This document shows, piece after piece, positions 23,849-35,109 of a stretch of 45,874 nt of DNA. A program made the position numbers and the translations under genes. Every line of letters starts with the position of its first letter. Within the stretch, counting starts at the first letter, position 1. Source of the stretch: Octopus bimaculoides (lineage: Eukaryota); assembly GCF_001194135.2 (NCBI RefSeq), contig NC_068984.1:58598978-58644851 (forward strand), given 5' to 3'. Under the pieces are notes generated by a model. That model ran no database searches, was not told the DNA's origin, and saw only the letters and a program-made list of their open reading frames with translations.

Positions 23849-23920
23849 AGTGTTTCCAGAAACTTCAGATTTGAAAATGTACCAATAGCAATATTTTTTA
23901 TTTTGTTTGATCGAAGATCC
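23849..23920 (-). CDS. PXDN: Peroxidasin-like gene, first LRR exon (DLRSNKIKNIAIGTFSNLKFLETL)
   Basis: Minus strand ctttattcttcag|72 nt|gtaagt, phase 2/2; resembles PXDN LRR1 ([24 protein letters not shown], from memory); the three internal junction codons CT|G, TT|G and TT|A are all Leu. Confidence 0.9.
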
Positions 23921-25941
23921 CTGAAGAATAAAGAAGTAAAAAAGGAAGAAATTATTACATGAATAAAACTTATTGTGGAATTACAAGGGATATTGTTTAA
24001 ACACAGCTAAGTGACACTATGTTTAACCCATGCTTGGGTTCATATTTAACCTATGTTTAACCCATACTTGGGTTCACTAGCAAATTAAGGTTGCCTTACA
24101 GTAAATATGCAACATAGTTTATACAGTACAGTTCAAGGTTGTAAGCAACAGAAGTACAGGATAACTGGTAAGTATTTAGCTCATATGCTATTCATGGCTC
24201 AAATCTTCAGATAGGGACGTACCAGCAATAGAGTAACACTTCACCTTCCAGTGAATTTATTTTTCTTCCAGTTAAAAGAGAAAGTACACCATTTGATTTC
24301 CACCAACCTGAATTTACTCCCTTTAACTTGGCATAGTTTAGTTACATTGATATGGTTGTAGTTTTCTTTCTTTATAAGTTAAACTGCATCCTGTATATTA
24401 ACTTCACATATTTCCAGGTCATTAGATCACCACTGATTTTCCTTAGAATCATACATAAATGAGTATAGTAAACTCATCCAACATGTTCATATGTTCAGAA
24501 ACAATTAGCAGTTCATATAAGGTAGGCACATGCAATACCTTATTACATACAAAATCTTACTTATCCCTTAGAAGATGACAGGGCTGATCAATCAACTGAA
24601 AAGTCAATTGACAAAGAAGATTGTATTAGTTCATTCAATTTCCTACAAGAATAGATATAGTTTTATATATGTAAATATCTACTTTTTATTTTATAATTTT
24701 TTTTTTTTTTGAAAAATAAGTGCATGTAGGGCTTGGGAAAAAGGTTCCATCTTTTTGGCACTGAAATTCCAAATGAGGCTCTGTCTGCAAAGGGTTAAAA
24801 AATCTCACTAAAACCTAAGTAATGACATTATCATTGGTATTAACTCATATCCAAGTAGTTAATCTGTAGTGTGTGATTCAACCTCTTCCCACTGATGGGT
24901 GTTAAGGGTACCAGTGCCTGAGGTGGCTCTTCAGGCAAGGGCAGTATAGAAAAGTTGGGGGCATTCATTGCAGGGACAGGTTGGCAAGGGACAAGGAAGT
25001 CTGAGTCACTCTTTGAATCTTCGATGTTTTATCCTTGCCTCATGACATTTGTTATTTTCCATCTGGTCCATTCCCTTGACAATGACATGCTGCCACTTTG
25101 GGTGATGCCTGGTGGTTGTCTCCCAGGCATTTGGATCAATGGACTGGCAGAGGAGAGTGACCTTGAGCTAATGACATCAATTCATACATAAAACAAATAG
25201 CATCCAAATGAAGGTCAGCTTCATAGTCCTAGAATCACATACATTACCTTCAACTAAACTACTAACAAATATGCTGAAATGTAAACTAATATGTTCTACA
25301 GAAGGTGGTTTAGGCATGGTAAGAAAATGTTAGTCTCAATTCTCAAGAAATAAAGTCCTCCACACTAAATACATAGAAAAACATCATTGATAAATTTGTT
25401 TAAACAGACCAAGTGTAAAAACTAATGCAAGTATTTGATTTGACATCAGCTAATTTTTTAACATTCATCCATCACCAAAGATTTAATACCCATCTATCAC
25501 CAAAACCCTCTTCCATAAATCTATACAGATCACATCTAATCACACGTACAATATCAGACAAGCTCAAGACTATAGCACAGTCTAGACGTCCATTTTTACA
25601 GAACAACAATGAATTGAGTGTATATTCAACGTTTCCATGGATAGCTATAATTTTACAGAAGCATGCAAAATTGTAGACCTGTTTCTGCTAAATAAACTAA
25701 AACAGATAGACAAGACTATATGTGTATAGGAATGATAACACAATGCTTTTTAGAAGTTATAAATAATATACTGAGGTTAAAATGTCAAAATGTTTAACCT
25801 GAAGATAACAATAGGAACCAAATTGGTATCTACCAACTTCCTAATTGAAATAACTAACATTAGGTCGCAATGAACCCTATATAAACTTAACTACCAATAT
25901 CGCAGCCATGGTCAATGCCAGTGTTGCATGTCCAGTCCATT

Positions 25942-26305
25942 TAAAAGTATCCTTGATGCGTCAGGCAATATGATATGCTTGAGAAGACCTGTTCAGTCAT
26001 GTAAAACCAAAATTGTAGCTGTGGCCAGTGCTCCCTGTTCGGCTCCCATGCCAGTGACATGTAAAAAGCACCATCTGAATGTGGCTGATGCCAGTGCCCC
26101 CTGACTGGCTCCCATGCCGGTGGCACATAAAAAGCAACCACTACACTCTTGGAATGGTTGGCATTAGGAAGGGCATCCAGCTGTAAAAACATTGCCAGAT
26201 CAGATTGGAGCCTGGCGCAGCTGCTGGCTTTCCAAACCTCAAGTAAACCGTCCAACACATGCCAGCATTGAAAACAGACGTTAAACCATGATGATGATGA
26301 TGATC
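25942..26305 (+). mobile_element. SINE family C with (ATG)n tail
   Basis: ggttggcattaggaagggcatccagctgtaaaaac..catgccagcattgaaaacagacgttaaa(ccatgatgatg). Confidence 0.8.
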
Positions 26306-26672
26306 TGTGTGTGTATGTGTGTGTGCGTGCGTGNNNNNNNNNNNNNNNNNNNNNNNNNNNNNNNNNNNNNNNNNNNNNNNNNNNNNNNNNNNNNNNNNNN
26401 NNNNNNNNNNNNNNNNNNNNNNNNNNNNNNNNNNNNNNNNNNNNNNNNNNNNNNNNNNNNNNNNNNNNNNNNNNNNNNNNNNNNNNNNNNNNNNNNNNNN
26501 NNNNNNNNNNNNNNNNNNNNNNNNNNNNNNNNNNNNNNNNNNNNNNNNNNATATATATATATATACAAAGTAACAAACTGAGGAACAAAAATTCTTCAAA
26601 GGAGTTAAGCATCTAATTCACTGGTACTTCAGTTGGATACCATATAAATATTGGTATAATTCAATTAAAAAG

Positions 26673-27138
26673 ATAAATTAAATAGAGATATTCTATTGAT
26701 AATCAATAATTTATTTATATTAAAATATTACATTAAATACTATGAATATAATATATAACATAACATAATATTATATAACATAAATAATTATGAAAACCAT
26801 AAAATGCCAACAAATTGTCTTGACTTATATATATTTTTCTGATCTACATAATTACAGTTCCATTATATAAATAGTCACTTCAGCCGTCCTTCCACACGGA
26901 ATTTCATCTTTTTCTAAACCAAAGACCCTGAAGTGACTATATACATAATGGAACTGATTATGTAGATCAGAAAAAATATATATGTCTAAACAATTTGTTG
27001 GCCTTTTATGATTTTTATAATCATTTATGTTATATAATATTATGTTATGTTATATATTATATTCATAGTATTAAATGTAATATTGTAATATAAATAAATT
27101 ATTGGATTGTCAATAGAATATCTCTATATTTAATTTAT
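26673..27138. repeat. Foldback inverted repeat, ~210-bp arms, 44-nt spacer
   Basis: Arm 26673-26883 is the reverse complement of 26928-27138 (e.g. tttttctgatctacataat / attatgtagatcagaaaaa; atagtcacttcag / ctgaagtgactat). Confidence 0.9.
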
Positions 27139-27184
27139 ATTTATATATCTATATATTTAATTTATATCTATATATGTTGTATCA

Positions 27185-27573
27185 GACTGCTAGAAGGGAA
27201 GCTAGGAGACAGGTTTACTTAGCCAGAGGGGAAGCAAATAAGAAAAAATTTGCCAATGTTCTGCACCGTGAGGACCAAAGACTTGAAGTGTTTCGTGAGA
27301 GAAAATCATGATGTCGTGGGAGAGAAATCTGTTCGCATGGATGATGGTATGCTTGCACTAAACGAGGCTGCGAAGAAGGAGGTTTAGAGATGCCACAACG
27401 AAAGATTGCTCAATAAAGAGAATGAATGGGAGAAAGAGAGTCTGCTGAATGTCGACCAAACAGAGGGACCAGCTATCCGAATTGACAGTACCATGGTAGA
27501 TAAAGCAATTAAGAGTATGAAGACAGGGAAAGACCCTGGCCCATCAGGAATCACTGCAGAGATGTTCAAAATA
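27185..27573 (+). mobile_element. RTE-clade LINE ORF fragment (endonuclease-RT linker)
   Basis: ERLLNKENEWEKESL..VDKAIKSMKTGKDPGPSGITAEMFK (GKAPGxDGIxAE motif). Confidence 0.8.
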
Positions 27574-28244
27574 TGTTGTTGTTTACGTATTTCACGTTAT
27601 TTACACCATTGGTGATGTCCTGTACCCATATATGCATGTATATATATATATATATATNNNNNNNNNNNNNNNNNNNNNNNNNNNNNNNNNNNNNNNNNNN
27701 NNNNNNNNNNNNNNNNNNNNNNNNNNNNNNNNNNNNNNNNNNNNNNNNNNNNNNNNNNNNNNNNNNNNNNNNNNNNNNNNNNNNNNNNNNNNNNNNNNNN
27801 NNNNNNNNNNNNNNNNNNNNNNNNNNNNNNNTATATTACATATTGCCTGAAGAAACACAACTAGATCTCATAATGCAGGGAAACAGCTGCATAATCAAGT
27901 ACCTGAATGCCTGGAGAACTACGTTGCATGGAAACAATTGTAGTGATTAAAAAATAAATGTCCAACCATACTCCTTCTTGTTGACTCCAAATTTTTTCAT
28001 TTATATATATGTATGTATATATCTATAAATATATACACATATATATGAATGTGTGTACACACACACACACAGATGGTGTTTCAGAACTCAGAACTCAATT
28101 TTGCTGAGTTGAGCAGGTCTTCTCATGAACTGTGTATTGCCAGTTATCGCAGCCCTTTATCATCTCCATGAGGCTCAGGTTCCTGAAGTCAGCCTTCACC
28201 ACAGTGTTCATGTCTACTTGGGTCTCCCTCTCCCCAATGTAAAT

Positions 28245-28500
28245 CATCATCATCATCATCCTTTACTGTCCATTTTCCATGTTGGCATGGGTTGTATGAT
28301 TTGCCTGGAGCTGGCAAGCAAGAGAACTATACCAGGTTCGAGTCAGGTTTGGATTGGCTTCTATGGCTGGATGCCCTTCCTAACACCACCCACTTTACAG
28401 TGTGTGCTGGGTACTTTTAATATGGCACCAGCACAAGCACTTTTATGTGGTGATGGCATAAGTGCTTTTTACGTGACACCAGCACAGTACTCCTGCAGGC
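28245..28500 (-). mobile_element. SINE family C fragment
   Basis: (CAT)n..ccatgttggcatgggttg..ggctggatgcccttcctaacacc. Confidence 0.7.
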
Positions 28501-28856
28501 CAATCTTCTTCATCAGGAGGAAAAGCATTAGCACTTTTGTTGTGGAGAATGGGTCTTCTGGCAAGGCACGAGATGTCTCATTCCTTTGTCATTTCCTCAT
28601 AGTTAATAATACAATAAGACTAATTATTTTTTTTTTCATTTTGCAATTTGCAAAAGTGTCTTCTTAATGTATAAACCAGTAAATTTTATTACTAAGGGAT
28701 TAAGCTCAATGAATTTTTTCCTATATCAGCCCAATCCGAGATTTGAAACCAAGTCATAATATTCATAAATAGGTAACAGTTGGATAATTAAACATACTAA
28801 GAAATACATAATTGTAACTATATTCAAACATAGATATAATGAGACAGACATATATA

Positions 28857-29369
28857 CAGGATGGCCATAAAGTCATGCACCATCCTGCAATATGTGAAAT
28901 TGCTAAAATTCTCTTTTTCATCTCTTTTCACAACTGCTGATATTACTCACAAACCAATCCTCATTGGATGGAGGCAGACAATCAACAAGGCGGGGGCAAG
29001 GTAATGGTGTGGGATTTGGCACAATCAAGTAACTGGAGCATTTTATTTTGAGGATGCTGTGACAGGTGATTTGTCTTTCAACATGCTTAGCAACAAGATG
29101 ATGTCTCATGAACATTCACTTGGAAGGGGAAATCTTGTCTGGTTTTAGCAAGATGTAGCTCCAGCCCGTTATGCATTACAGGCTTGTGACTTTCTGAATG
29201 AATATTTTCCAGGGAGCTGGATTGGGTTCATTGCAATTTCAAATTCTGTATGAACACTTGTTTAGAGCTACATGGCCAACACTTTGAACATCTGTAATGG
29301 ATTACCTACTTCATTGCTAATAAACCATACCTGATATCTCCCATGGTGCATGACCTTGTGGCCACCCAG
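28857..29369 (+). mobile_element. Internally deleted Tc1/mariner element (DD41D/rosa-like remnants)
   Basis: TA-flanked 27-bp TIRs CAGGATGGCCATAAAGTCATGCACCAT / ATGGTGCATGACCTTGTGGCCACCCAG; frameshifted NPHW..KVMVW..WF*QDVAPARYA..FLNEYFPGSWIG; subfamily is an inference. Confidence 0.75.
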
Positions 29370-29957
29370 TAGTTACAGTCACTCAAATAATCACTTAAAT
29401 GTGTGTGTGTGTGTTTGTTTAATGCATCAACACAACATGTAAAAAATTTTTAATGATTCAATATATGGAAAGTACATTTATGTGTTTAAAACATGCTTTA
29501 CTACTGTTTCAAACTAGTCTTGCTGTGAAAGGAAATATAGGCAATATACTCAAACTTCTTGGTTATGTAGTGCAAGTATTCAACAGCTTTCAAACATTTC
29601 TAGGCCACTATCAGTTCTGTTTAGCTCTGGCACCATGATATTGATATATCTACATAACACACACACACACACACACACTCTCTCTCTCTCTCTCTCTCTT
29701 TCTCTCACACTTGTATGTGTGTGTATGTATGTTTGTATGTATGTATGCATGTATGTGTGTATGTTTAACTAAAGATATGTTCATTTTTTTAAAATGACCT
29801 TGAGCTGATATAGTTAAATAAACTCTGATAAGGGTTTTGAATAATCAAAGCCCATCATCTGTTCAATATTTATGACATACTGCTGAGAATTTGTGATATA
29901 TTCCTCAACTATGTATATCTTAAACCTAAACAAACCCTGAATTTATATATACACACA

Positions 29958-30290
29958 TACTCAGTGGTTAGTATCAGGCTCACAATCATGAGGTAGTGAG
30001 TTTGATTCCTGGACCAGGCTATGAGCTTATTCTTGAACAAGACACATTATTCCACATTATTTTTCTTCACTCGGTTGTAGAAATGAGTTTTGATGTCACT
30101 GGTGCCAAGCTGCATCGGCATTTGCCTTTCCCTCTGATAACATCAGTGGCATGGAGAGGGGAGGTCGTTACACATGAGCAATGGCTGATCTTCCATGAAC
30201 AACCTTGCCCAGACTTGTGCCTCAGAGGATAACTTTCTAGGAGCAATTCCATGGTCATTGATGAGCAAAGGGGGTCTTTACCTTTTACCC
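29958..30290 (+). mobile_element. tRNA-headed SINE
   Basis: Head ctcagtggttag..gagtttgattcctgg..cttgaacaagacac (Pol III A/B-box-like). Confidence 0.55.
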
Positions 30291-30662
30291 TTATATATAT
30301 GTATNNNNNNNNNNNNNNNNNNNNNNNNNNNNNNNNNNNNNNNNNNNNNNNNNNNNNNNNNNNNNNNNNNNNNNNNNNNNNNNNNNNNNNNNNNNNNNNN
30401 NNNNATATATATTATATACGCATGTGTATGCATGCACACATGCACACATGCACACACACAAACAAATTAGTAGTGCAATATATGGATTCATCGAATCTTG
30501 TGGTCATCATCACAGAAAGCTCCTCTAGTTGACCTGGCTATCATACCACATAGTCAGCCTATATGGAGGAGTATAATGCAGAGTTCTATGCAACCCAAAT
30601 CCAGGAGATCCAATTGATGAAATCGTTTCATGTGATGTGTTGTATATAAACCAGATAAAGTT

Positions 30663-31035
30663 AGGAGGTATAGGGGATGCATATATTTATTATCCTTGTT
30701 ATCCTTAGGATTATGGCTGTTTTGCAGCTTTCATCATGTAATAATAATTTCAGTGAATAGTAAAATATTTTGCATGTCTATACCAATATGCATGCCATGC
30801 ATTGTCTTATACAATTATACATTTACAAATCAACGCAGATAAATAGCCTTCTTTATTTGCATTGATTTGTAAATGTACAAGTGTATTGTATAATCCATGG
30901 CATGCATATTGGCGCAAACATGTAAAATAATTTATTATATACTGAAATTATCATTACATGATAAGGCTGTGAAATTGGCTGTAATCCTAAAGATAACAAG
31001 TGGTTAAATAAATATATTCACTTCTCATACCTCCT
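30663..31035. repeat. Degenerate foldback inverted repeat, ~180-bp arms, 8-nt loop
   Basis: aggaggtat/atacctcct at the ends; ccaatatgcatgccatg/catggcatgcatattgg; catttacaaatcaa/ttgatttgtaaatg; loop 30844-30851. Confidence 0.85.
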
Positions 31036-31055
31036 GAAGTTTTATGTTTTATAGT

Positions 31056-31092
<37 letters not shown>

Positions 31093-31323
31093 AATATATT
31101 TTTTTTACACCAAAAATTTGGCAAAAGAATATAGTATCTGTTAACAATTTTAGCAAAATACTCACAGTTGAGTATTTTTTATTGGCTGTATATTACTAAT
31201 AATAATAATAATAATAGCAATAATAATGGGACCCCAAGGAGATGGAGTATCCTATATTTTATAATATTTTATAATATGTATTAATCATTCTGGATGTTCC
31301 ATCGAAATGTTCATAGGTCATTT

Positions 31324-31354
<31 letters not shown>

Positions 31355-31800
31355 NNNNNNNNNNNNNNNNNNNNNNNNNNNNNNNNNNNNNNNNNNNNNN
31401 NNNNNNNNNNNNNNNNNNNNNNNNNNNNNNNNNNNNNNNNNNNNNNNNNNNNNNNNNNNNNNNNNNNNNNNNNNNNNNNNNNNNNNNNNNNNNNNNNNNN
31501 NNNNNNNNNNNNNNNNNNNNNNNNNNNNNNNNNNNNNNNNNNNNNNNNNNNNNNNNNNNNNNNNNNNNNNNNNNNNNNNNNNNNNNNNNNNNNNNNNNNN
31601 NNNNNNNNNNNNNNNNNNNNNNNNNNNNNNNNNNNNNNNNNNNNNNNNNNNNNNNNNNNNNNNNNNNNNNNNNNNNNNNNNNNNNNNNNNNNNNNNNNNN
31701 NNNNNNNNNNNNNNNNNNNNNNNNNNNNNNNNNNNNNNNNNNNNNNNNNNNNNNNNNNNNNNNNNNNNNNNNNNNNNNNNNNNNNNNNNNNNNNNNNNNN
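31355..31800. other. Assembly gap (largest of seven; others at about 26334-26550, 27658-27831, 30305-30404, 35031-35072, 39656-39790, 45224-45470)
   Basis: N runs, mostly flanked by microsatellites. Confidence 0.95.
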
Positions 31801-31963
31801 GGACGAGCTTCGTCCAGTTTCCGTCAATCAAATCCATTCACACACACACACACACACGTATATTTATATACTGAGAGTGATAAATTGAATATTAATTTCA
31901 ATTTAAAACCAGTGGTCTAGCATATAAAAAAATTTGATAATTCAGAAAAATTGTATTATATGC

Positions 31964-32078
31964 GTATAAGAAGGGATGACCATTAAGTGACATCCGATAT
32001 GCTAGAAAGAGGTCATCAATGTTGATGACCTCTTTCTAGCATATCGGATGTCCACTTAGTGGTCTTCCCTTCTTATAC
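31964..32078. repeat. Near-perfect 115-bp palindrome
   Basis: 30-bp perfect core 31990-32019 / 32022-32051 with a 2-nt loop; arms extend to 56-57 bp with 2 substitutions and 1 indel. Confidence 0.95.
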
Positions 32079-32084
32079 ACATGC

Positions 32085-32122
<38 letters not shown>

Positions 32123-32129
32123 CAAATAA

Positions 32130-32400
32130 TATGTGAGTATATGCATATATATGTACATGTATGTACATACCTACATCTACATGTATATATAGATGCATAT
32201 CTGGGTGCAGGACGTCACAAAAAAACGTGGGCAGAATGAAAAACAGAACATAAATAGAGCACAGAAAACACACCGGCCACATAGAGAACATTTCCTTCAT
32301 CAGCTGACACCATTCTAAAACTAAGCGTTTCGAAGTGTTAGGGCAGGACACACTGTTAGAATGGCTCTTCCCGCGGAAACAAATTAAATTTGTAATGCTG
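32130..32400 (-). mobile_element. Penelope-like element terminal fragment (putative)
   Basis: Minus strand cttCGAAACgc..gtgtcagCTGATGAaggaaatg; these motifs are typical of PLE pseudo-LTRs. Confidence 0.45.
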
Positions 32401-32414
32401 AGGTATATCATAAC

Positions 32415-32680
32415 TGTGGGGACATGTGGACTACAGTGTAGCACTTATGATTGCAAGATCATGGGCTCAACCCCCAGCCAGGAAGTGTATTGTGTTCTTG
32501 AGCAAAACAATTCAACTCAAGTTATTCCATGATCACTTTGACATCTGACGTGGTATATCATGCACCTGGACAAACAATGTCAATTTGAGGGAGGGAGTGA
32601 GCTTATGTAAAACACAAACATTTGATCATTTATAAGCAAATCATCTGTACAGGCTGTTCAGCAAGAAATTGTAGAACTGT
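32415..32680 (+). mobile_element. tRNA-headed SINE fragment
   Basis: gatcatgggctcaacccc..tgtgttcttgagcaaaaca head similar to 29958-30290. Confidence 0.45.
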
Positions 32681-33156
32681 CTTTCTTGGAGTCAAGAGAC
32701 TACTACTAATTATTACACTGTAATGGTATTTTGTAATGGATGTCCTGGGTAACACTTTAAACTGCACCTGATAAAGGGACACTAGTTTGTGAGTTCCAAA
32801 GTTTTGAAAAATGTGGAGCCATATCTTAGCTACTATTGTTCAGAGGATTACTCTTGCTCACAGTAGTAGTACCTACCAGGAACCCAACTATGTGTTAATT
32901 AGTATGTAATGGAAGAAATTCAATTTGAACCCAGTACTACAGACTAATGAAACCCTCATCAATTCCACAGTGTTGTTGCTTCTTCCTACAGAGAAGTATA
33001 TACCATGTGTATTATATACATTGAGCTATGAAGACTTAATGATTGAGAGGTATGTAGTTGGGTCACAGACTACTTACATTGGATTTGTGTTGACTTGAAA
33101 TGAACAGCCAACTTCTTGGATGTTTGACTGGGACCCTATCAATTTGGTCCTCTCTG

Positions 33157-33190
<34 letters not shown>

Positions 33191-33704
33191 AAATTAACAA
33201 AAATTCAAACACTTTAAGCCCCAAGCAATGTCACTCCCAAGTGCTGAATCAGTTATTTTTTTGAGTTCCAGTTGAGGTATGATATGTTAAATTACACTAC
33301 CCCTTGCCTCCTTCCCACCCAATCTCTTAAAAGAATGCTGGAGAATTCAGTATCGTCCAAGTTTGCTTAAAAGATACCACCAGCTTTTAACATCAGTCTA
33401 CTTTTTGATAGCTCCAGGTCATAATTGGTGTGACAGGATTTTCCTCTAATAACATTATCATTTATCCTTGAAAAAAAAAAAAAAAAAAAAAAAAAAGCAT
33501 AATTCTAAGTATTTACAACAGTATTAAAGTGATAGCCTTTAATACCATACACTTGATGGATTAGAAATGTTTGAATAGCAAAAGAACAGAGTTGCATTGT
33601 TAGGAAAGGCAAAAATGTAACTCAACTTGATTATGCTTCATTTAAGAGTTGAGGAGATGTCCTTAGGAAGGAGATATAACTATAAAATTAATTAATATAA
33701 ATAG

Positions 33705-33896
33705 GTGCAGGTGTGGCAATGTGGTAAGAAGCTTGCTTCTCAACCACATGGTTCCAGTTTCAGTCCCACTGTGTGGAACCTAGGGCAAGTGTCTTCTACT
33801 TGAAGGAAATATTAGCCATTTTTCATACTTTCTAGCGGTAAACAAATAGGAAATAACAGTTGCTACCCAAGGACAAAAATCGTGTTACACAGTGTA
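33705..33896 (+). mobile_element. SINE family A head (33705-33800) fused to the 3' end of the 440-bp repeat
   Basis: gtggtaagaagcttgcttc..gggcaagtgtcttctact|tgaaggaaatatta..gttacacagtg. Confidence 0.65.
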
Positions 33897-34139
33897 ATTT
33901 CCCCTCAGACTCCATCCAGTTGTCTTAAAAAGTAGGAAGGACACATTTGATATTGTAGGCAGAAAAAAAAAAAAACACGATAGTTACAGCCTTCCCTTGT
34001 AGGTCAGTTTTGGTTTAACAACAACAATTGTAAATCAAATATGCTAAAAAAAGATTAATTACCTAGAAAGACTAAACTACATAACATTAACAAGTTAGCA
34101 ATAGCACACTCACATGCACAACAATAACAACAAAAACAA

Positions 34140-34790
34140 CAACTGTGTCAAAGTTTGGCACTGGGCTAGCAATTTTAGGAGGAGGGAATTAGTCAATTGC
34201 ATCAATCCCACTACTCAAATGGTATTTAATTTTCTTGACACTAAAAGAATGAAAGAATTTTCTTGACACAAAATTGACCTCAACAGGAATTGAACTCAGA
34301 ACACAAAGATCCAGAAGAAATACTGGAAAACACATTTTCCAATGCTCCAATGATTCTGCCAGCTTGCCACCTTAATAATTATATCCTTTCTGCTAAAGGC
34401 ACATGGCTTGACATTTTGGGTGAGGTAGGGGCTAGTCGATTACAATTGATCCCAGTGCTCAACTGATACTTATTTTATCAACCCTGAAAGGATGAAAAGC
34501 AAAGTTGATTTGAACACAGAATAAAGAGAGAAATACCACTCAGAATTTTTTCTGGCATGCTAATGATACTATCACTTTACTTCCTTACAAACATTTATAA
34601 TTCTTTCTACTATAAGACCAAGGCCTGAAATTTGAAGGAGGGATCCAGTGTTTAACTGGTATTTATTTGAAAGGATGGAAGGCCAAATTGACCTTGGCAA
34701 GATTTGAGCTCCAAACATAATGAGTCAGAAGAAATACTGGTAAGCATTTTGTTCAATGCACTAATGATTCAGCCAGGTCCCTGCTTTAAC
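34140..34790 (-). mobile_element. Head-to-tail trimer of SINE family B
   Basis: Three units each with gcacaaggcc-like..gaactcagaac..taatgattc; a perfect 15-bp duplication acaaacatttataat flanks the third unit (34587-34601, 34789-34803). Confidence 0.75.
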
Positions 34791-34981
34791 AAACATTTAT
34801 AATAAGAATAACATTATATTATCAACATCAGCAAGGGAAAAGAAATGTTTATTTTAAATATTTGTAGTAGTTTGGTTTCTCTGCTACTTTTGTCACTGTC
34901 AACCTTAATATGTTAAATGATATTCTCTCTGAGAATATTGATGTCCCTGGTTCTGCATAAAAGTGACTTTATATATTTGTG

Positions 34982-35030
<49 letters not shown>

Positions 35031-35072
35031 NNNNNNNNNNNNNNNNNNNNNNNNNNNNNNNNNNNNNNNNNN

Positions 35073-35109
<37 letters not shown>

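Noticed and set aside
23508-23888. 126-aa plus-strand ORF
   Set aside because: Antisense to the LTR-element leader and the first LRR exon; low complexity, no recognisable domain.
31150-31190. Strong minus-strand donor CT|GTGAGT that would join the first LRR exon in phase
   Set aside because: Upstream sequence gives only a 19-nt exon or an (ATT)n tract; no signal peptide or CPxxCxC.
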